Assembly: GCA_964465775.1 (NCBI GenBank)
Contig: CAYXLQ010000003.1
Location: 7,315 to 39,314, forward strand
DNA length: 32,000 bases
Source: an uncultured Clostridiaceae bacterium
GTDB lineage: Bacteria; Bacillota; Clostridia; TANB77; CAG-465
Direction: 5' to 3'
Each line of letters begins with the position of its first letter. The first letter of the stretch is position 1. This document shows, piece by piece, positions 8,092 through 15,935 of the stretch. The notes below the pieces were generated by a model. The model was not told the DNA's origin. It worked only from the letters and a program-made list of their open reading frames with translations, and made no database searches. The position numbers and the translations under genes are program-made.

Positions 8092-9633
8092 TTAATTTAT
8101 CTCTGTAAATGTTACTCCATTGTTTATTAAATGTTCTTCAAATCTATTTGTTTCTACTTTTTTAGTAATATCTATATAACTTAAATTAATGGTATAATTT
8201 TCATCTATTTCATTTTTCATTATATCATTTAAGAGTTCAATATTAGTCTCTTTTTTCAAAATTGTATATGCGAAATTGTTTTCTGTTTCAAAAGTAATTA
8301 TATTATTGTTTTCATATGCTTTAACTCCTGATAAGGCAGAGTATAGTTGTAAATTATCTTTTTCTACTACCTTTTCTCTTATTATATCTATTCCTTTGAA
8401 ATTTTGTTTTTGTTTTGGCAATACTTTGTTTTCTTGTTTTGAATTTTCTTCTAATTCAGGTTTTTTTTCTGCTTTAAAAACTTCTCTAACAGTAACCTCT
8501 TCTTCTTTTCTTGGAATATTTATAACTTCTTGAGTTTCTATTTTATCTAGTCTTAATTCTAATAATCTTATTTTTTCTTCTAATTCTGCTTCTCTTTCAT
8601 AAGTCACACTCGTTGTTAATTCAAGAAGCTTAGCTTTTAATAATATATCTCCATTAACAGACTGCCTAATCTCAGAATCTAATTTCGATAATTCTTTTAT
8701 TATATAATTAAGTCTATTAATACCCGTTTCATTAGGTTTCTGTCCTTTGTCTATTATCATATTAATCAATATTGTTGTAAGTTCTGATACAATATATCTT
8801 GAATTTTTACCCTCAGATAATATCTTGTCAACTTTATCTATGATTCCTGTTACATTATATGATATTACTTGATTTAATAATCCTATTAATTTTTCAGTAT
8901 CTGTTTTTCCAACTATTAATTTAACTTTTTCAGATGTTAATACTTTTGTTTCTCCATCTACACATCTTTCTAGTATACTCAGTGCATCTCTAAGGCCTCC
9001 ATCAGATAGGCTTGCTATTTCCTCAAGTGCTTCTTTATCATATTTTATATTTTCATTTTTTAGTACTATTTCTAATCGTTTCACAATATCTTCAATATTA
9101 AACTTTTTGAATTCAAATCTTATACATCTAGAACGTATTGTAGGCAAAAGTTTATGTTCTTCTGTTGTGGCAAGAATAAATATTACATTTTCAGGTGGTT
9201 CCTCTAGAGTTTTTAGTAAAGCATTAAATGCACTAGTAGAAAGCATATGCGCTTCATCTATGATATATATTTTATACTTAAGATTTGTTGTAGCATACAT
9301 CACTTCTTGCCTTATTGCTCTTATATTTTCTACAGAGTTGTTTGAAGCCGCATCCATTTCAACAACATCTGTTGTTTCTCCACTTATTATTGATTTACAT
9401 GATTTACATTCATTGCATGGGTTCCCATTCTTTGGTTCCAAACAATTTACAGCTCTAGAAAAGACCTTAGCTGTAGATGTTTTGCCTGTACCACGGCTTC
9501 CACTAAAGATATATGCATGCGATACTTTATTGTTTATTATTTGCTTTTTTAATATTTCAATTATATGTTCTTGTCCTACAACTTCTTCAAAGTCCATAGG
9601 CCTATATTTCCTATATAATGCAACATATGACAT
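8092..9633 (-). CDS. dnaX: DNA polymerase III subunit tau (gamma/tau), DnaX
   Basis: Walker A is GSRGTGKTSTAK, with a Zn module CNECKSCKSI, Walker B IIDEAHMLS and sensor TIRSRCIRFEF. An in-frame A8 run sits at codons 389-391 (see findings). Confidence 0.93.
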   Translation of the reverse strand: MSYVALYRKYRPMDFEEVVGQEHIIEILKKQIINNKVSHAYIFSGSRGTGKTSTAKVFSRAVNCLEPKNGNPCNECKSCKSIISGETTDVVEMDAASNNSVENIRAIRQEVMYATTNLKYKIYIIDEAHMLSTSAFNALLKTLEEPPENVIFILATTEEHKLLPTIRSRCIRFEFKKFNIEDIVKRLEIVLKNENIKYDKEALEEIASLSDGGLRDALSILERCVDGETKVLTSEKVKLIVGKTDTEKLIGLLNQVISYNVTGIIDKVDKILSEGKNSRYIVSELTTILINMIIDKGQKPNETGINRLNYIIKELSKLDSEIRQSVNGDILLKAKLLELTTSVTYEREAELEEKIRLLELRLDKIETQEVINIPRKEEEVTVREVFKAEKKPELEENSKQENKVLPKQKQNFKGIDIIREKVVEKDNLQLYSALSGVKAYENNNIITFETENNFAYTILKKETNIELLNDIMKNEIDENYTINLSYIDITKKVETNRFEEHLINNGVTFTEIN

Positions 9634-9659
9634 GTAATATCACCTCTTATTTTTAAATA

Positions 9660-9752
9660 AATATCGCCCAGGCACATAAGGTAGTATGCTTATTGCTGCT
9701 TCCTTCCAGATCTGACAAGGTTCACAGACACCTTATTGCCTAAGCGACTACA
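9660..9752 (-). ncRNA. ffs: Signal recognition particle RNA, short (4.5S-like) form
   Basis: The minus strand reads GUCGCUUAGGCAAUAAGGUGUCUGUGAACCUUGUCAGAUCUGGAAGGAAGCAGCAAUAAGCAUACUACCUUAUGUGCCUGGGCGAU. It contains the conserved domain IV core GUCAG..CUGGAAGGAAGCAGC. The 5' and 3' ends form a roughly 19-bp closing helix. It sits immediately upstream of dnaX, as scr does in Bacillus. End coordinates are accurate to about 5 nt. Confidence 0.8.
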
Positions 9753-9793
9753 CGTATTATATATCATAATACAAAAATAATCAATATTGATTT

Positions 9794-10471
9794 TTAGTAT
9801 TTTACTTTAAATACTAAATCTTGTACATTTAATCTCTCAATTGTTGTTCCCTCTGTTATTACCTTTTCATTTGGGATTCTAATATCAAATTCACATTTAT
9901 TGATTTTACCTTCTGGCTCAAATATTACTAAGTTATATCTTAGTCTGAATATTACTTCTGAAGCTTTCACACCCGCTATGTTTAGCATAGTTCCATCATG
10001 CCTAACTACTTTTATATCTTCTGGGATAGTAAAATCAGTTACAACATCTTTGTTTATTATATCCAGCTCTACTAAATATCCATTTTCTTGTTCATCTGCA
10101 TATATATTAACTCTTTTGTTCTTTATTTCTTCATATTTATATGACAACTTATGATTTAATTGTTCAATATATATATTTATATCTTCCTTACCATTTACTC
10201 TTATCTTCTCTAAGTATATTTCTTTTATCTTAGTATTCTCCACTGATTGTATAAGTAGTGCCAGCTTATTATTTTGTGATATATCGAAAGTCCATTCTCC
10301 CTTTGTTTCCTCTTTTAAAATTGCAGAGCTCGTAAGCAATGCATCTGAAACACGAAACTTTCCTTGATTTATTTTAGAATTATTATTAAATATTAAATTG
10401 ATTACTATTACAAGTATTGCTAACGATATTATAATAGTTACCATAGCAATAAAAATCTTTTTCTTATCCAT
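9794..10471 (-). CDS. Hypothetical membrane-anchored protein (single N-terminal TM, beta-rich ectodomain)
   Basis: 225-aa ORF with the N-terminal anchor IFIAMVTIIISLAILVIVINLIF. I recognise no motif. Confidence 0.6.
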   Translation of the reverse strand: MDKKKIFIAMVTIIISLAILVIVINLIFNNNSKINQGKFRVSDALLTSSAILKEETKGEWTFDISQNNKLALLIQSVENTKIKEIYLEKIRVNGKEDINIYIEQLNHKLSYKYEEIKNKRVNIYADEQENGYLVELDIINKDVVTDFTIPEDIKVVRHDGTMLNIAGVKASEVIFRLRYNLVIFEPEGKINKCEFDIRIPNEKVITEGTTIERLNVQDLVFKVKY

Positions 10472-10557
10472 ATCTACACCCTTACCTTTATTTTGGTATT
10501 ATACTATGATATGTATAATATTTCAACAACTTGAGTATATTTTAATAGGTGATCAAT

Positions 10558-10767
10558 ATGAATAACTTTCCAGAAGGTTTGGATTATCCGTTCTTAAATA
10601 GTTTTCAAAATGATAATTTAAATAATTGCGATCGCAACATTTTTGATGGACTAGATCTAAACAAATTATTAGTTATAATCCTATTAATTACTGGTAACCT
10701 TACAGTTGAAGCTATAACCGTTTACCCTAATGATTTTGCTGTAACACTTGGGACTTTTAGATTATAA
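10558..10767 (+). CDS. Small hypothetical protein (69 aa from the ATG; the ORF track starts at a GTG at 10549)
   Basis: An AGGTGA RBS at 10547-10552 lies 5 nt before the ATG at 10558. No family recognised. Confidence 0.45.
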   Translation: MNNFPEGLDYPFLNSFQNDNLNNCDRNIFDGLDLNKLLVIILLITGNLTVEAITVYPNDFAVTLGTFRL

Positions 10768-10797
10768 TGAGTTTTAAAAAATATGCTATTTACCTTG

Positions 10798-10826
10798 TTG
10801 TATATTTTTTTTGTATTTGTTATAAT
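10798..10826 (+). promoter_or_regulatory. Candidate sigma-A promoter (TTGTAT-17 nt incl. TGn-TATAAT) for the HD-GYP regulator
   Basis: -35 TTGTAT at 10798-10803, a 17-nt spacer ending in TGT, and -10 TATAAT at 10821-10826. It is bracketed by a perfect 10-bp inverted repeat: ATGCTATTTA at 10784-10793 and TAAATAGCAT at 10829-10838. Confidence 0.45.
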
Positions 10827-10915
10827 TAAATAGCATAGATTTATATATGCATTTAATAGTTGGAGGCAAAACATGAATATTTTAAATAATAGTTCTATAA
10901 ATAGAAGGCGGCGTA

Positions 10916-11917
10916 TTGTTAATTGATGACGATATTGGTATGATGGAAGCAATGAGAGTTGTATTAAAAAAATACAGCATTATGGTTACTCCATTTACAG
11001 AGCCAATTGCTGCTCTTGAGAACTTAAAGACCAATCCAAAAAAATATGATATTTTAATTATAAATTATTTAATGAATCCTGTTAGAGGAGATGAAATAGT
11101 TAAACTTGTTCGCGAATTTAATAACGAAATATATATTATTCTTATGTCAGGGCATAAAGAGTTAACTCCATCAATCGATGTGATGCGTTCACTTGATATA
11201 CAAGCATATTTCGAAAAAAGTTCACGTATTGACCAATTAGTTTTATTAATAGAAAGCGGATTTAAATATATCGCTAGTATTGATAATATAAAAACAATGT
11301 CACGTACTATTGAACTCCATGCTGTGGAAATTGCAGATATTTTAAAAAACACTGTTGGTGCTAAAGACAATTATACCAAGTATCATTCTGATAGAGTTGC
11401 TTTGTATGCAAGAATGTTTGGTACATACTTAGGACTTAGCGAGGATGATTTAAATACTTTAGCGTTAGCTGCGCAATTCCATGACATAGGAAAAATTGGA
11501 ATAGCAGATAATATACTTTTAAAAAACGGAAAATTAACAGAAAGTGAATATGAACACGTTAAATTACATACTACCATTGGTCCAAGTATTTTATCTTCCT
11601 CTGAGGTTTTCAAAAAATCTTTACCTCTTATAAAACATCATCATGAACAATACGATGGCAATGGTTATCCAGATGGTCTAAAAGGAGATGAGATACCTTA
11701 TTTAGTTAGAATTCTTTCTATATGTGACACATTTGATGCTATTACTGGTGAAAGGCCATATAAAGAGGCTAAATCAATAGAGTTTGGTTTGGAAGAAATG
11801 GAAAAAAACATCGGAATACAATTTGACTCCGATTTAACTAAAAAGTTTATTAATTGTATAAATGAAAATATTGACGAAGTAAATAAAATACATAAATCAT
11901 CTATAAGAAATGCTTAA
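10916..11917 (+). CDS. Response regulator with receiver domain and HD-GYP c-di-GMP phosphodiesterase domain (RpfG-like); N-terminus uncertain
   Basis: REC signature LIDDD...ILIINYLMNPVRGDE...ILMSGH. HD motif AAQFHDIGKIG and HD-GYP motif HHEQYDGNGYPDGL. The longest ORF starts at a TTG only 3 residues before DDD. A GGAGG-ATG at 10862-10875 opens a different frame (see findings). Confidence 0.85.
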   Translation: MLIDDDIGMMEAMRVVLKKYSIMVTPFTEPIAALENLKTNPKKYDILIINYLMNPVRGDEIVKLVREFNNEIYIILMSGHKELTPSIDVMRSLDIQAYFEKSSRIDQLVLLIESGFKYIASIDNIKTMSRTIELHAVEIADILKNTVGAKDNYTKYHSDRVALYARMFGTYLGLSEDDLNTLALAAQFHDIGKIGIADNILLKNGKLTESEYEHVKLHTTIGPSILSSSEVFKKSLPLIKHHHEQYDGNGYPDGLKGDEIPYLVRILSICDTFDAITGERPYKEAKSIEFGLEEMEKNIGIQFDSDLTKKFINCINENIDEVNKIHKSSIRNA

Positions 11918-11931
11918 TATTTATAAACAAT

Positions 11932-11964
11932 AAAAGGTCCAGTTTATATTACTGGACCTTTTTT
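11932..11964 (+). terminator. Rho-independent terminator after the HD-GYP gene
   Basis: Perfect 8-bp GC-containing stem GGTCCAGT / ACTGGACC with a 7-nt loop, a T6 tail and an A-run upstream. Confidence 0.8.
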
Positions 11965-11990
11965 ACTTAAAAAAACCGAAATAAATAGAA

Positions 11991-12022
11991 GGAGTACAAG
12001 TAATTTTTATTACTTCTACTCC
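11991..12022 (-). terminator. Candidate terminator for the VanW-family gene
   Basis: Minus-strand hairpin GGAGTAGAAGTA-loop-TACTTGTACTCC with one mismatch, followed by a T-rich stretch. Confidence 0.55.
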
Positions 12023-12058
12023 AACATTTGACATTGAGCCCTTTTTATATATTTATTA

Positions 12059-13930
12059 TTAATCTTCTCCTTGAACGTTGCCTTCTCCACTTTCTATTGG
12101 ATCAACTATTGGTGGTTCAATTACTGGTGGTTCATCTGGCACATCAGGTTTTGTTGGTTCTGCAGGTGCTACCGGCTTTGATTCTTTTTTAGTTCCAACC
12201 TTTACTATTTTAGATACTGATTTATATGTGTCTTTCGATAAAAATGTAGTTGATACTACTTTCCCATTCAATTTTTTAGTAATATATGCTTCTGAAACAT
12301 ATCCATTTGAACCATTTTGTGTAACAACTTGTTTCCCTTCTTGAAGCGTAGAATCATTAACATATTCTGTTTTATATGGTATTGTCGAAAGAGTCCTTGA
12401 ACTTATGCTTACTTGATATTCATTTTCTTCTTTTGTTCCATATAAAGAAATAGTTAAGTTTCCTCCTAAATTTATACTAGTTGTTATTTTCACAGGATAT
12501 TTTCTTGTGTTCTTAAACTTAAAGTCAATTGATGGGTGATAAATTGTTGCATCCCTACTGCCTGGAACATATCCTACTGGTAAACTATGTGCTCTTCTTT
12601 GTACTATCTCTAGATTTGAAAATAGCGCTACATTGTATAGTGTTGATACTGTTTGACATACGCCGCCGCCTACTTCTCTTGTTACTCTACCGCCAACAAA
12701 TGTTGCAGCAGGTTTAAAACCTTGTGCTGCTGTTGCACCTCCTATTATAGCATTATATGAAAATGTTTCCCCTGGCATAAGTACTTTTCCGTTCAATAAA
12801 TCCAATGATATTTTCAAATTATTTACTCTGTTTGAGTCTGCTGTACTAAAGTATGTAGTATATGATGTTATTTTATAATCATAAGCGTCCCATTTTAAAT
12901 CTGTGGTTTTAACGCTTGGTTCTTTAACGTCAAGTTTATATTCTATTACTTTTCCTTCTACATTGTTTTCAGATTTATTTAATTGTTCTCTTAGTGTGTC
13001 TTTATTAAAGTCTAGGCCCACTTGATGTGGAACTAACTTAATTATCGTACTGGTCTTATCAATATATGCATCCTTAGGATCTTTTGATACCTCAGAATAT
13101 ACTATATCCACATCTAAAGCTTCTGGTTCTACAATAATAGTTTTAACCTTGTACTTGTTTTGTTTTGTTGTTAACGCACCTACAATATCCTTCTTAAAAA
13201 CTTCTTCTTCTATTGATTCTCCAGATTTACCTTTTGTAATTATTAACTTGTATTCCTTTTCATCTAATATATAATTATCTTTTATTGCTTTATTGTCCAG
13301 GGATTCTTTGACTTCTTTGGCTATCTCTGACAATTTATTAACATTGTATTTATATATATAATTATATTCTTTCTTTTTTAATAGCGCTGATAGAATTTCA
13401 ATATTGTTAATTATAATATTAGAATCTCTCCCAAATCCAAAAACTTCTTTTTCTGTTGCTACAATATCAATTTCAAGTTCAATATCTTCAGGTAATACTT
13501 TTATTATTTCTTCATTTTTTTGAAATATTGAAAGTTCAGCTTCTGAAACTTTTTCTTGTGTTTTTTTCAAATGTTCTTTTAATGATTCAATTGTCATTCC
13601 TGTAACAGATTCACCATTTAAATATACATTTTTATAAACAGTAGTGTTCAGTTTGTTTATAATTCCAATCGCTGCAAAAGAAATAACTAATGCTATTATT
13701 ATACAAATTATAATAATTAGTAGTTTTTTGCTTTTTTTTGCTTTTATTTTTATTTCCGAAGATTTTTTAACTGCAATATCTGAATCTTTACTCATATTTG
13801 GTTTTCTTTTTGCTTTTTTTGATTCAGTTTTATTTATTATCTCTTCTGTTTTCTCATCAATATATATATCGCTATCTTCGACATATTCTTCATTATTTAT
13901 CTTGTTTTTATCCTCTTGGTTCTCTTTCAT
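12059..13930 (-). CDS. VanW-family protein with N-terminal Lys-rich cytoplasmic tail, TM anchor, C-terminal G5 domain and Pro-rich tail
   Basis: VanW core PGETFSYN...GGGVCQTVSTLYNVALFSNLEIVQRRAHSLPVGYVPGSRDATI. The G5-like segment is TIPYKTEYVNDSTLQEGKQVVTQNGSNGY...KIVKVGTKK. The TM segment is LLIIIICIIIALVISFAAIGII. Confidence 0.85.
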   Translation of the reverse strand: MKENQEDKNKINNEEYVEDSDIYIDEKTEEIINKTESKKAKRKPNMSKDSDIAVKKSSEIKIKAKKSKKLLIIIICIIIALVISFAAIGIINKLNTTVYKNVYLNGESVTGMTIESLKEHLKKTQEKVSEAELSIFQKNEEIIKVLPEDIELEIDIVATEKEVFGFGRDSNIIINNIEILSALLKKKEYNYIYKYNVNKLSEIAKEVKESLDNKAIKDNYILDEKEYKLIITKGKSGESIEEEVFKKDIVGALTTKQNKYKVKTIIVEPEALDVDIVYSEVSKDPKDAYIDKTSTIIKLVPHQVGLDFNKDTLREQLNKSENNVEGKVIEYKLDVKEPSVKTTDLKWDAYDYKITSYTTYFSTADSNRVNNLKISLDLLNGKVLMPGETFSYNAIIGGATAAQGFKPAATFVGGRVTREVGGGVCQTVSTLYNVALFSNLEIVQRRAHSLPVGYVPGSRDATIYHPSIDFKFKNTRKYPVKITTSINLGGNLTISLYGTKEENEYQVSISSRTLSTIPYKTEYVNDSTLQEGKQVVTQNGSNGYVSEAYITKKLNGKVVSTTFLSKDTYKSVSKIVKVGTKKESKPVAPAEPTKPDVPDEPPVIEPPIVDPIESGEGNVQGED

Positions 13931-14158
13931 AATTTCCCTCCCCGATAAGACACACTAATATTATCATATGACAATAACTTTTATCAACTATTTTTTAATA
14001 TTATGCTATATTTTTACAACTTTTTTAACGTTCTGTTTTGTTTGTTTTTGTAATTCAATATCATTTTTTGTAATATTTTTTCTTCTTTTTTCTTTTTCTT
14101 TTTTTATTTTATCTTATTTTGTTATAATATCACTATCCTAATAACAGGAGGTGGTATT

Positions 14159-14716
14159 ATGAGATCGTTTGATGAAAACAAAGATAGAGCATGCGTATGT
14201 GAACTTTCAACTAATGAAGGAATACTTTTTAAAAGTTTTGAAAATTCAAGCTTTTCTATTTTTGGAACCTTAACAAAAGAAAAAAAAATTTTATTAAAGT
14301 ACACCGGAAAACTAGTTCCGGAAAGCGTGGAAGAACAGTGCAAATCTCCTAACATATATTTATATTATTGTTTTGATAATAATTGGGAAGAAAAGAAAAT
14401 AGTTAATATGAGTATCTGCCACAATAAATCAACCTACTGCTATTCTATATCTATTCCTCAATGTGAATACTTAAATGTTGTCTTTACAACTAATGACGAG
14501 AAGTGGGATACCGATGAAACTTCATCATACAATTTAAAAACTCACTCTGATATGGAAAAATCCATTATACAGAGATATGGTTTGGACGCCACTCCTCCTA
14601 TATTAAGTAACACTAGCACAACGATTAATACAATTTTAAAATCCAAGTTCCTTCAGTTTGTTAAGTCCTTTTTTTCAAATTTTAGTACCTTATTTCATTT
14701 TACTCTTTCAAAATAA
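14159..14716 (+). CDS. Hypothetical Cys-rich protein, possible carbohydrate-binding-module-like core
   Basis: AGGAGG RBS 7 nt upstream, and an upstream TGtTATAAT at 14120-14128. The segment NIYLYYCFDNNWEEKKIVNMS...LNVVFTTNDEKWDTDETSSYNLK resembles the starch-binding CBM25/53 pattern (..W......M........F.....WDNN....Y). This is a weak resemblance from memory only. Confidence 0.5.
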   Translation: MRSFDENKDRACVCELSTNEGILFKSFENSSFSIFGTLTKEKKILLKYTGKLVPESVEEQCKSPNIYLYYCFDNNWEEKKIVNMSICHNKSTYCYSISIPQCEYLNVVFTTNDEKWDTDETSSYNLKTHSDMEKSIIQRYGLDATPPILSNTSTTINTILKSKFLQFVKSFFSNFSTLFHFTLSK

Positions 14717-14722
14717 ATATAT

Positions 14723-14758
14723 AACAAAATCAGAGTTTAATTTTCCTCTGATTTTGTT
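14723..14758. terminator. Bidirectional hairpin between convergent genes
   Basis: 13-bp perfect stem AACAAAATCAGAG / CTCTGATTTTGTT with a 10-nt loop. The right arm overlaps the last codons of the J-protein gene. Confidence 0.6.
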
Positions 14759-15699
14759 ATCCTTGATTTTATTTTTTGTTTTTCAACCTTTAATAATTGC
14801 TCGTATAGTTTAATTTCTCTTTCTGAAAGTTCCTCCGGCATTACTATATTTATTTCTATTATTAGGTTACCTCTTGTAGTTTGATTGACTATATAACCTT
14901 TTGATTGAATTTCTATAGTATCACCCGTCTTGCTTTTTATGGGTATGTCTATTGATATCTTCTCTCCAAAAACTTTCAATAAGATTTTATCTCCTATTAT
15001 TGCTTGTACAGGAGTTACATCTAATACAATGTGAATATCTGAACCTTCTAATCTAAGTATTGAATGAGGTCTAAGTTTTACAAGAATTATTAGATCTCCG
15101 TTTTTCCCTCCGTTTTTACCCGGTTTCCCAAGCCCCGAAAGCCTTATTTTTTCTCCATCTCTTATCCCCATAGGAACGTTTACGCTATAATTTTTTAAGC
15201 TACCTCTTGTAGTTTTAAATGATATTTTTTTCTCCGCACCAAAAAAACCTTCTTCTAATGTAACATATAATGTTGTTTCAATGTTTTCACCTTTTTTTGG
15301 TTCTTTTGTAAGGTCAATCTTTTCTTTTATATCATCTTTAACATTTTCAGCTACAGAAATAACTTTATCTCTTGTATCTCTGCTAAATCCCAGTATAGTA
15401 CTCATAAGTTCACTTACAACATTACCACTTAGGTTTTTATTTTCTTGATTCAATACATTTAATTCTACACTTCCATAACCATACCTTGCTACCTGTTTGT
15501 CATATTTTTTCTTTTTGTCTTTATCCATCAATATGTTATATGCTTCATTTAAATCTTTAAATATGTTTTCGGCTTCTTCATTATTTATATTTGCATCAGG
15601 ATGATACTTTTTAGCGAGTTTTCTATATTTAATTTTTATTTCTTCCTGCGAGGATTTCTTATTAACTCCAAGCAGTTTATAATAATCTTTTTGTTTCAT
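14737..15699 (-). CDS. CbpA-like J-domain co-chaperone (J domain plus DnaJ C-terminal domains, no Zn-finger)
   Basis: DYYKLLGV...KYRKLAKKYHPDAN provides the HPD motif. There is no CxxCxGxG repeat region. The C-terminus is DnaJ_C-like: GENIETTLYVTLEEGFFG...GDLIILVKL. Confidence 0.85.
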   Translation of the reverse strand: MKQKDYYKLLGVNKKSSQEEIKIKYRKLAKKYHPDANINNEEAENIFKDLNEAYNILMDKDKKKKYDKQVARYGYGSVELNVLNQENKNLSGNVVSELMSTILGFSRDTRDKVISVAENVKDDIKEKIDLTKEPKKGENIETTLYVTLEEGFFGAEKKISFKTTRGSLKNYSVNVPMGIRDGEKIRLSGLGKPGKNGGKNGDLIILVKLRPHSILRLEGSDIHIVLDVTPVQAIIGDKILLKVFGEKISIDIPIKSKTGDTIEIQSKGYIVNQTTRGNLIIEINIVMPEELSEREIKLYEQLLKVEKQKIKSRITKSEEN

Positions 15700-15884
15700 G
15701 TTTACCTCTTTACTACTTCAATTATTACCTTTAGGTTTGTCCTTTGCACATTATATCATAGTTATATATTTTTTCAATAATTTATATGAATTTTGCAAAT
15801 GTAAACTAGAAGATTTATACCATCGTATAATCTTTTAAATAACTTGCGCTGTTGTTTTTAGGTGTCAATTTTACTTACTTTCCC

Positions 15885-15913
15885 TTGATTTTTCTTGTTT
15901 TTTCATATATAAT
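15885..15913 (+). promoter_or_regulatory. Candidate sigma-A promoter for gyrA (TTGATT-17-TATAAT)
   Basis: -35 TTGATT at 15885-15890, an exact 17-nt spacer and -10 TATAAT at 15908-15913. An AGGAGG RBS at 15925-15930 precedes the ATG at 15936. Confidence 0.6.
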
Positions 15914-15935
15914 AACTTTTATGTAGGAGGAAATT

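Noticed and set aside
10722-10952. 76-aa minus-strand ORF spanning the promoter and leader of the HD-GYP gene; likewise 14122-14355 on the minus strand
   Set aside because: Neither has an RBS. Both overlap predicted promoters or starts of better-supported genes, and their composition looks like non-coding AT-rich DNA.
14040-14112. Long T/CT-rich tract (ttttttcttcttttttctttttcttttttt...) that might be a repeat or regulatory element
   Set aside because: It is a simple low-complexity pyrimidine run in a divergent intergenic region, with no periodic unit or symmetry. I could not support any specific function.
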